Shown here: in pieces, positions 53,660 through 64,000 of the stretch
How positions within the stretch are numbered: the stretch's first letter is position 1
How the letters are laid out: every line of letters starts with the position of its first letter
From: Epiperipatus broadwayi
Taxonomy: Eukaryota > Animalia > Onychophora
Assembly (NCBI GenBank): GCA_028023455.1
Contig: JAQFVV010000001.1
Coordinates: 10,230,001-10,294,000, forward strand
Length of the DNA: 64,000 nt
Direction: 5' to 3'
Notes under the pieces: generated by a model
Seen by the model: the letters and a program-made list of their open reading frames with translations, nothing else
Told to the model about the DNA's origin: nothing
Database searches by the model: none
Translations under genes and position numbers: made by a program

Positions 53660-55545
53660 TTAAGATGAGGTGCTATTAGTAGGTAATATTAGTATCCATG
53701 TTTCAGTTTCATGGAGAGATGTAAGGTATATTTTGTTGATTCTGGTTGGCATTGTATCCTGGTTAGATGATCTATATTTTAGCTTATTTTCTAGATTTAG
53801 TGCATTGCTGATTGGGTGGTTTAAGGCTATGATGAGTTTAGAAGTGTTGATGTATACAAAGATTGTGTTTATTCTTGGTTGGCTTCTCCCCTTTTTGGGG
53901 GACATTTTAGTCAACAGCGACCTGGTAAGTGGTGAAGTTGTGAAAGAGCTTTACACAAATGCAATGGAGGGCCAGGTTTGCACAGCTGTGAAGGGACCAG
54001 CAGGGTGCATATCCCTACCCATTTATTTGTTCAGGATTTGCCAAAACACTGTGGATATATTATTCAGGGTCTCTACCTGGAACAACAGATTGCAGCACAA
54101 TACCCAGATGGAGAAGTTAATTATAGCTGACAGCCGGACCTCGGAGAATACACCTTTTTCAATTGCCATTTTGAGGTTCATTTGGATGTGATTTCATATT
54201 ATGTTTTGCTGAAAGTGAGTTCATAAATTGTTCAAAGTTGCACATTCAAAGAGGAAGTGATTGATAGTCTCTTTCTGTCTAAAGCACAGAATACAGGCAG
54301 GGTCAATATCCTGCCCCCTTTTATAGTGCAGGAAGGCATTTGTTGGGAGGGCATGCAGGCTCAATTTTAACAGGAAGTATATGATTTTTGGCGGTAACTT
54401 CCAGAACTTGGTCATACTTATCATTCGAGGGATGTTGATTGAATGACAACTGGGGATCTTGGTTTTTGGTGATCAAAAAGATCAAACACTTGGTTGGATG
54501 TTATTAAAGATAAAGTTGATCTGCTGTTGATGTAACAAAACACATCCTCTGGGGAGTAGCCGATTGGTAGGTTAAATGTTCTTTTTTTTCTGAAAGCAGA
54601 CATTAAGCACATGCATCTTCTTTGAAGATGTTGTAGAATATGTTATGGGTATGCTGCAACTTGAATGTAGTTAGTGAGTGCAGTGAGAGACCATTTAAAG
54701 TTTTGGGCTTTTGTGGGATTCTTAAGCTGATCACAGGTGATCAGCCTGCCCAACATTGTTTTCTGTAGGCAGTTTCTACTTTGTTGATAAATACCTTGGT
54801 GGGGATGAACCCTATCAAATAATTTATAATTTTTGGGAGAATAAGAGCATTTAATAGGGCTACCTTCCCAAATAGAGAAAGGTATATTTTGGTCAAGGAT
54901 GCAATTGTGGTCTCAATTTTATCTAGTAATGAATCCTGTATCTCTTTACGCATCACCTTGGGCAATTTTGATAGGTGAAATCCCAGAAATTTCTGTGGTA
55001 CCACTTCAAATCCACCAGAGATCTTCTAGATAGTAAGAATTAACCAAATAGCTGATTTTTTCATGTTGATCAGGAGGCCAGTCAATTTGACATGATGGTC
55101 AAGGAGTTGTTCTAGCCTACCCAGTTCATTGTGGGATGAAAGAAACACAACTACATCATCCATATAAGAGATATGAGTGATGTTCTCATTAAGTAGTGGA
55201 ACAGGGCTACCAGAGATCATGGCTTCAATATTCATCAGCATTGGATTAATATACGCAGCAAAGAGAAGTGCACTCAGGGAGAACCTTGAGAAATTGAGAT
55301 GTAGGGCATAAAACCTGAAGCAATGCATCCATATAGAGCTAAGAACACTTCATGATTGTAACGAAGGTTCTCAATCATTTGTATGTATATGGGTGGTACA
55401 TTAAGAAGCATATCAATTCTCACAGAGTTGAATGCCCCAGGTATATCAAGCTGGACTACAACAGGTTGGGTTTTCCTTTGTCTCCGCACATGATCAACCA
55501 TGAGTCTGAACCGGCTGATAGCATCGGATGTTGGGCAAATGATTA
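53660..55545 (-). mobile_element. L1/Tx1-like LINE, 5'-truncated (RT to C-terminal CCHC)
   Basis: QLDIPGAFNSV, ISQGSP, ISYMDDVVVFL, KFLGF, LSLFGKVALLNALILPKI, and CILCFRQKETINHFLFEC in successive frameshifted ORFs. Confidence 0.85.
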
Positions 55546-58500
55546 AAAGTGCTAATTAAGTATCTACTTCAATATATAATAACAGTTCTTTAAAATCATA
55601 TAATTAGAACTTTAACAATATATTCTGCTCATTCTTAATAATTCTCTAACACAATGTACTTACAAATTATTTATTCATAATATTTTCTTGCCAATTATAT
55701 GTAAAAAAGAAAAAAAGAGTTATTCTGAAAACAACTCAAAACTTTATTAAATTAACAATAATTTATATAGCAGATAGTCAAAAAAAATAATACACACTAA
55801 TCCCCCCACACACACACACACACCTTTTAAAACTAGTAGTGACAAAGTTTAAAAATAAATTCTCAAAACTTGTCTGGCACTATAATAAAAAATACAATAC
55901 TTATAATGTAATTCCAATCTTTTTAAACTTTTCTCAAAAATATATAATTCTAAAAAAGCTTGTTTAATACTTTAACAAACAGAGTATGCTGAGCATGCTT
56001 TTGTCTAACTGGCAGTCATATTCTTAGCTATAGTTATCAATTTTGAGATTTATAGAAGAATCACAAAAATGATCCTGTGTCCCCCTATTAAAAAAGTGAC
56101 TAATTTAAATTAATTTTGTTTAAATATTATAATCAAATTTTACATAAGTCACCACTTTGGTGATTATTCTATAAATCTCATAATTTTCTTGGATAACTAC
56201 AGCTATGAATATGACTACCAGTTAGTCAAAAGCACGCGCAGCATAGTATTAAACAAGCTTTTCTTAGTATACATGTTGCATGTATTTATTTTGCGAATAT
56301 TTATTATGATAATTAATTGGCTGATTAAATGGCAATTATGAAATAATAAATTCAAAGGTTATAGCTACACTGGTTTTTGATGATATGTACCATTGTTCAA
56401 GCCAAATAATGTAAATCAGTAGCAATTATTGTGAATGTACTAACTACATTAGTGGGCATTAAGTGGCAAATAATAAGTTTTAATACCAGTAGCATAATTA
56501 GAATATTTTATAAACAAAAATTATTTAATTCCATGTTTCCAATCATTTTTCTCCACAAAAAAACAAAAAAAAAAACAATAGAAAACAGATCATAAAAACA
56601 GTCAACTATTATCATTTTGTACCCTCTTAAACATATGAAATATTGTGAGAATCTAGACTGTCACTTCTCCATAATATACAGTTAATCTAAAAACTAGAAT
56701 GTCACAATATTTGTAAATATGTAACAGAGCATTAAAAAAGATGAAATACAGATATCTATTTCTTATAACATTAAAAGTTATGTGATCATTCTTGTGAAAT
56801 AAATTAGATTGATGCTATTTGCATAAAAAAAATTGATTGGAGATGTACAATTTTATAAAGAATCTTGGTGTTTTTTAAGTCTAATTATATTATTAACATT
56901 AAAATGTATAGCTTTCTATTTAATGCCCACTAATTTATTTAATATATTATCTGATTAATATGATAGAATTACAAGTATGGATTCTGACAAAGATGTACAG
57001 AATCAAAAACTGGGTTTAGTTTATAACATTTGAATTATTTCATAACTGTTATTAAATTTGAAATTTATAATTTTGATTTTTTTACATTTTACAATATATA
57101 TGCAAAAATCTTATAGCTTAATACTGTGTATAGGATAGTCATTATTTTTTTAAAAAATATATTTTATATTGGTTCACAAATAACAAACATCGATAACATT
57201 TCTTTATGGCATTTAACACTGATAAGTATTCATTCCGTTTCAATCCCAAAGAATCAGAAAAATGTATACAATGGGAATTTATTTTTATTTAAAAAAAAAA
57301 ATAACATTTTTTCCACATTCTAGAAAAATCTCAAATTGAATAGTAATTATATTTGTTTGTTTTTTTATGGATTTTTCCAGGCATGACTATTTCAAAAAAT
57401 TACTATAATAATGATATTCTAAAAAAGTTGATAATGCCCACCTATTTCCTATTGAATTAACAAATATTATCAGAGAACAAAATTTTCATATCCTAAAACT
57501 ATGATCTTTCATAATATTGATTTGACTGAGATTGATGCTATACAGTATATTTCCTAGAATAGTAATTATTATTCAATGAACATTTTATTATTCATTCCTG
57601 AGTAAGCAAGATCTTTGTACCCCATGGTTATTTATCACTAATACAACTTAAATTTGCCACACCAAGTTTTACAGATAATCATTTTAATGACAGCTTAACT
57701 ATATAGTTCCTTTTAATTGTTGAAACTTTTGTAGATTTCCATTTTCCACAATCTATAACAAATATTGTCATCTTTTGTCATTCATTCTATCCAACATTTC
57801 CATTTCTCTCTACTAATAATACAATTAAAAACTGTTTTTATGCTTAAACTTTCCAATTATTTTTAATATGATTTTAATTCCACTTAATAAAAAAAATATC
57901 TTTCTTATTTCACTATAAAATGGTTCATCGGTAATTTTACCAATCCATTATTCAAGGCAAATTTAGTTTCGAAGGTTTTGGTAAAAACTATGTTAAATTT
58001 GTCTCAATTTTTACATGTAGAATAGTATGAGAAAAATAGGAAATTTACGTTTTTGACATGTTATTACATGATGTAGATCTTTCACATTGTGAAGAATCCT
58101 TAATAAGCATTATACCATACCCATTTTTATTTGGCTACATTGTTTGAAGAACACATTTCCTACAAATAAATTTACTTATTTATCAGTATGTTTCTGATCA
58201 CGTATTAAGTTATTGGTTGATTGTAACATTCTACAAGCTGGATCTTTGTTGCATATATGTCCAGGTAGCCGCAAAAATATCTGGTGGTGCAATCTTATTT
58301 TTGATTATCAGTTTCTCCAATTTCTTTGCTATGTTTGTGTGCCACTTGAGATTATAATTGTAGACAAAAATGTATCTTGTACAATACAATGAATAATGTG
58401 AAAAAGTAGAGGCTCTTATACTGGAGGGGGGGGGACTTTTTATATAATTTTTGAGAAGATTTTGGATAAATATATGTTTTTCTAAATGATGTTGCCCATT

Positions 58501-58551
58501 TTAATCGTGAGTTTATGAGGCCATTACATTCTTGGAGAAAATGATAGTTTT

Positions 58552-58737
58552 TTTTTCTCTGTGGTATAATGGACATATAACATCAATATTATATCTCCTT
58601 CTATATTTCAAAAAGTGTATTGTGGATAATACACTGAGGTACAGTTTCTTTTTCTCTGTGGTATAATGGACATATAACATCAATATTATATCTCCTTCTA
58701 TATTTCAAAAAGTGTATTGTGGATAATACACTGAGGT
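58552..58737. repeat. Tandem duplication, about 90 bp x2, inside the LINE 3' region
   Basis: Units 58552-58640 and 58649-58737 are essentially identical. Confidence 0.9.
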
Positions 58738-59314
58738 TCAATTTGAGTGAGAAATCAAATAATTTGGTTTCAAATGACCAGAGCCAGAATTTTTCAGTCA
58801 GCTGTTTATTAAGGTTGTTGGCAGTCTCATAAAACTTTTGTTTTGATTAGTCTGTTTGTTTTCCCAATAATAAAACTTTTATTGTGCATAACTAAATTTA
58901 TATTATAATTATCTTTGAATGTATCTAATAAATTAGACCAATATATCTATTAATGGTGGTGATGTATCAGTTGGATATACTTTTAGTGTGTTTTGGAGTG
59001 ATGAATATATGACTGAGAAAGATGTAATAGATTTAAAGTTTTCTGTAAATGGAATACTTATAATTTATAATGTAATCCTAAACTTTTTCCATCTGATAAA
59101 AGTTACTGTTGTTGTAACGAGATAGCTACAGTTTCTTGCCCAGAAGAGTTTTCTGAAAATTGTGTATATATTAGAAATAAACTGCTTTGTCAATTTAACT
59201 ATGGTTGATAGTATGTTATTTTTGTCATGATTAATTGATTGAAAAGTCATGTTTTTGAGAATATTGACAGAATGTCTTTTCTAATGATGAATTAGTTGTC
59301 TTTATACATTAGAG

Positions 59315-59451
59315 TATTTCCAGTATCTAATAATAAATATTGAATGCCTTTAGAAAAAAACCTAAGTGCTACTACTAATAACTGAATGTAATTGGAAAAT
59401 TTAAATAAAGCTAACTTTTTCTAAAGACATTCAATATTTAATATTAGATGG
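59315..59451. mobile_element. MITE/foldback family A, copy 3 (internally deleted)
   Basis: tattgaatgcctttagaaaaa ... tttttctaaagacattcaata arms are shared with copies 1 and 2. Confidence 0.75.
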
Positions 59452-59651
59452 GATCATAAACTTACATGAAACCAATTGGTTTGCTTTAATTTTTCTTGAA
59501 AGCTTTTTTTTTTGCTGAAGGACTCAAATAGAATGGAAAACTGAGGAATTTGGAGGAATTACCTTGAAAAAAGTAATGTTTCTTCTTTGTCTTTGCTGGA
59601 CAATGCATAAGATTTTTCCATACTGAAATGGAGTTTGTATTTATTATGTTG

Positions 59652-62600
59652 TTTTTTTTTTTAAATTATTTATTGTTAAATTTATTACATTTAACTACAC
59701 AATGAGACAGCCAGGAAACCGTGTCAAATTTGGTCTGTTATGAAAGTTACTGTGAGCATGCTGGAACAATTAGTTATTCACACTTGGATATGTATGTTTG
59801 GAAAGTTGAAGAGATTCCAGGTGTTTGATATAAGAAATTTTGAGGCAAGGACTTCACACCTATTTTGGATTTTCTTCATAGTCTCTATGAAAATGTCTTC
59901 TATTTTACAAGAATAACTATCCATTAACATTAGAGCCACTTGACTAAACAGTTAGCAGTATTTTGGATAGGGGGGGGTGAAGTTTCGTTCTCTATTTTCA
60001 TCTTCTTTATCATCGCTTAGGTTTGGCCTATCAGGGTTGTTATATGGTTTATTTTCTAGATCATTTGTAGATATGATTAGTTGAGATCTAGTAGTAGTAT
60101 GGTTGACTTTGCGTTTTTTTTTCAGTGGTTGGTTTGTTTTTGTATAAAGGGGTGGGGTTTTAGACTTTTAGAATAATTTGTTTTTTCTTTTGAGTATGAT
60201 GTTAGTTCCTCTTCTGAGTTATTCATAAAAATTCTATTAGATTTCCTTTTGTGGTTTGCTATGTTAGTGAAGCGCAGCTCCATGTCTGAGTCCACATCAG
60301 TGCCATTGTTGCTGTGGCTTTTGTCATCTTTGGATTGGGTACTCAGTTTCTTTGGTTTGCCAGTTAAGGCTACATAGGCTATGGATGGCCTGTCTTGCTG
60401 TAGATTGACTATATTCTATGAGTTTGAATAACATGTTGTTGCTGTTTGAGATCTTTGGCAATTATGTTTGTTGCTCAAAAGGATCTAAGCTTGCAAGATT
60501 AGGTGTTTCTTTATTTTTTGAGAGCTGGGAATTGCCTTTTGAGATTAGAGTGTTTACTTTTAGTTGAGATAATTTGGGTCATAGCTTCATCAGATTTGGT
60601 TGACGCATCTTTTGGTGGTTGGTTTGTCATATTACTATTTGCTGCAATGTTATTTGTGTTTAGCATTTGGCTTTTAATAATTTTTGCATTGCTTGTTACC
60701 ATATTTAATTCTTCTGATTCGTCATTGAGATTCATTTTTGGATTATTATTTGAAGGGATTGTGTCTTTATAAGTTGATTTTAGTGGTGGAGTGCTATGGG
60801 CTTCTTTGCACTCGCGAAACCTGTTTTTCTTCACACCGCAGAACCGAGCCAGGCAATTCCTTATAAGATGGGTTCTTTGCCCACAGTAAAAGCACTGAGG
60901 CCTGACTTTCCATAAAGGAAAGAATCATGGGAGCACCCCTTAGTTTGATAATGGTTGGAATGTCAGTGGAAGTTATGCCCTTCTTAAGATTTAATTCGAA
61001 AACTTGTCTACTGGTAGGTAAGAGAATTTATATATTTTGCCAAAGGGTTGCATTAACTCTTATATTTGGATATCATCCAAGCCAGTGATGGAATTTTTTA
61101 ATGTGCCTGAATGTGTTGACATTCGATTTAAGTCTACGTGAATTATAAATTTATTGTCCAACATTCTAAACCTGTTCTTGAATGCATTTCTGTTCGCCCA
61201 TGATGTGAACTCAACAGCTATGTATCTGTCAGTAGGATGAGTTGAGATACGATAGATGGTATCAGTAATATCATTTTTCCTAATTAGGTCATAAAGAGCA
61301 TTGACTAGGAACTTGGGTAAGTCACAGTTGGTGTCTGTCACAGCTAGAATCAGACTTCTGTCACTGTTGTAATTCACTAGTAATTTTAGTAGAATCAATG
61401 GGAACGACTGGTTAAATTTAGAATTTATTATTTGAAATTGTCTTCTATATGTTCCGTTACAGTAAAATTAGTGTTGCTGTTTTCATGTTGTTTGTTATTT
61501 AGCTGGTCTGATTCTTGTTCTAACAAATCTAACAATGTTAGGTCATGAGGATTTAGATGGGTGTTATTGAAATCGTGTATTTTATTATTTACATTATATG
61601 AAAAATTATTATGATTTTGTGATGCATTTAAATGTTATGGAATTCCCATTTTTGTTACGTTTACATATGAGGTTTTATTATGTGTTACATCGACTTTACC
61701 TGTTTGATCTATGTTGGTTTGGAGTGGTTTATATGTAGGATAATTTTTAGAATTGGTTGTGATCGCAATATCATTTTCATTATTTATTTTTTTATTGATT
61801 ATTGGCATTCTATGGGATATTTGTTCTAGTGCCTCTTGTGAAAAATTTTGCGTGTTATCATTTAACACATATTTGTGATTATGATCAGTTGTAAATGTTT
61901 TATCCTTATTAGTCAGATTTGTTTGAGGAAATACTGCCACAATTACTTTCCATAGATGGTATAATATGGATTTGTATATTTTTAACATTTGGATGGGTTC
62001 TTTCATAAGCTGAATTTGTCTGCACATTTTCTTTAGATTTACTGGATTCTGTTTGGTTTACGCAAGCTTCAGAGTTGGATTTTTCTATTTTAGATTCTGT
62101 TTTGTTATTAGAATTAAGTACTTGAGTGTCTTTGACATTAGTTGCTTTAGGTAATATTCATGTTTTGAGTTCGGGATGGTTTGATAGAGTTTTATCATTA
62201 GGCTTGTTCAGCTTATACTGTTTATTTCCTTGAGTTAAATCATAGTTGCTTATACTATTTTGTTGATCACTTTGTTGAAATTCATTATCTTATATTTTCT
62301 TGTTTATTATTTGGTATTACATTGTTTTTAAATGTGATTTCATTGTCTGAATACTCCTTGACGTCAGCGAGAATATCTTTGACATCGTTTTTGGCAATCA
62401 CTGATTCATTTTTTCCGTAAGATTTATTTCTTTTAAGATTATTATTGCTATTAATTTTTGAATCATTTTGTACATTTTTGTTTGTATTATTATAATTTGC
62501 CATAGCAACTATTTGACTTATTATATTTTTTGCCCCTTTATATTCAGAAATGCAATTGACTTCGTCTTGAATGTTGCATTCTTGATTTCGGAGATTTTTA

Positions 62601-63166
62601 TTTGATGAAAACATAGGGTTATTGGGTTTTTTGTTGATGGTAGAATTGTTGTTTATTATTTTAATTTCGGGGGCATAGACATTAGTAGAGATTATATTAG
62701 ACTCTAAAATAGTTTTGCTTTTAGCATTATCTTTTGTTGACTCTAAGTAAACATGCATGGCATAGTTATACGGATTCAATTTTCCTTCGTTAATAGTTGA
62801 TTTATTCATCACGAGTTCAGCGTTATTCTCTAGGCTTAGGGTTATGCTATTTATGGCATTTTCTAGATTACTGCATCTGTGTCATTCTAGGTTTTGTTTA
62901 TTTATTGATTGTTCATTGGAATTATTTTGAGTAAAGCTTTTATAATTATAGTTTTCAGAGGAATAAATTTTGTTAAGTTCTTGAGAACACATATCGGTAG
63001 ACATATTTGTTGTGTCTCGTGTTCGGTCCTCCATAACATTCTCTATAGATTTTTTAATTTTCGATACTTTTTTAAACGATCTACTATAGGTTGTTTGCTG
63101 TGGAGGTAACAAAACCTTTTTAGGTTCTGTTGAACTAGTGTGTATTCTTTTTCTTGAATTAATCTA
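59652..63166 (-). mobile_element. ORF1-only polyadenylated L1/Tx1 derivative (HAL1-like), inner element
   Basis: Frameshifted long N/K/T-rich ORF; RRM-like block 61060-61398; knuckle PQCFYCGQRTHLIRNC (~60853-60900); short EN-like start GSNVNG (~59925); then AATAAA (59669-59674) and an 11-A tail (59652-59662). No RT. Confidence 0.7.
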
Positions 63167-64000
63167 TTTTTTTAGTAAATCTAGCAGGTGGGATTTGTTT
63201 TTTTTCAATGTGAGGAAAACGGTGATGTCATCCATATAGACAATGTTGGATATTTTAGTATTTATTGTGGATAAGAATATTCCTTGAATATTTCTTTCAA
63301 TTAGCAACAGTAAAGGATTTAAATATAATGTAAATGAAAGTTAATTGAATGGTGAGCCTTGTGAGATTTATTGATGTGGAATGAAAGTTGTTGATGATAA
63401 CCTGCCACGGAGGGTGATTTGTATTCCTCGATCATAAGGAGATTTGCAACTAGATAGATAATGAATTTTGGATTCCATCTCTTTTAATGCTTGTAATAAT
63501 ATATTTATTTGTAATGCATCAAATGTCACAGAGATATCTAATTCTATCTCTATAGGATTGCTTTTTGTCATGCTTCACATTGTAAAATAAGCAATGCACA
63601 TATTTTTTCATGTTTTGTATTGTAAAAAACAAGCATCCTATAGTAGAACAATTAGATATCTCAAACTTACTTCTTTTCGATTCTACTCAAAAAATTTTGA
63701 AACTTGTGCAAATATAGAATGACTCTTTCTTAAATGTAAGACAAATTACTAATATTGCTTTTCAAGCTTAATTTCATATCTCAAATATGCCATATGAAAA
63801 TTACATCAGGTTTGTAATGATTCTCAGTCAGTTTGTTGCTTTATGTCTCAACTTTTAATATCTATGTTCTTTTCCCATTTAAAAAATATCCACACCCCTT
63901 TGCTTCCTTAAAATATATAACCACTCATTTTCTATTCTTTAATCATACCCTAATCATTAAACAGAATCTGACTTCTCTATGAATTTCATTTTCATATTTC

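Larger units (their letters stand above)
58000..63570 (-). mobile_element. L1/Tx1-like LINE (outer element), 5'-truncated, split by a 3.5 kb insertion; own sequence 63167-63570 and ~58000-59651
   Basis: ELDISVTFDAL, ISQGSP and IVYMDDITVFL..DLLKK (to 63167) continue in frame as QHNKYKLHFSMEKSYAL (from 59651), then IFRKLFWAR (~59140) and LKLNLSVLST..DVICPLYHREKKNYHFLQEC (~58530-58750). Confidence 0.8.

Noticed and set aside
53670-54191. 173-aa hydrophobic plus-strand ORF
   Set aside because: It is the antisense shadow of the L1/Tx1 3' region; no recognisable motif.
60503-60772. Hydrophobic plus-strand ORF
   Set aside because: It is antisense to the N/K/T-rich ORF1 remnant.
1-64000. Prokaryotic or viral system (operon, defence island, endogenous DNA virus)
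   Set aside because: No long intact ORFs, polB, Rep, capsid or operon structure; all recognisable coding remnants are eukaryotic TEs or host exons.

Overview
AT-rich, CpG-depleted eukaryotic genomic DNA, probably an invertebrate (arthropod-like; organism is inference). It is not prokaryotic: no operons, CRISPR arrays or rRNA were seen. The only host coding sequence I can support is invisible to the ORF track. It consists of three tiny minus-strand exons (38624-38735, 20602-20641, 15284-15347) with canonical GT-AG ends that splice in frame to [72 protein letters not shown], the GAF-A/GAF-B linker of a PDE2-type cyclic nucleotide phosphodiesterase. The rest of the window is probably intronic and is full of decayed, nested mobile elements. 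These include a CR1/L2-type LINE split by a Merlin transposon, a tRNA-Gly pseudogene and a LAMTOR2 retrocopy; several L1/Tx1-like LINEs with a YMDD motif; RTE LINEs; Gypsy pieces; a mariner derivative; and several MITE/foldback elements. The most unusual structure is a 3.5 kb polyadenylated ORF1-only (HAL1-like) element inserted into the RT of an L1/Tx1 element; removing it restores the RT reading frame. All homology calls come from motif recognition by eye, no database searches were run, and the ends of decayed elements are approximate.
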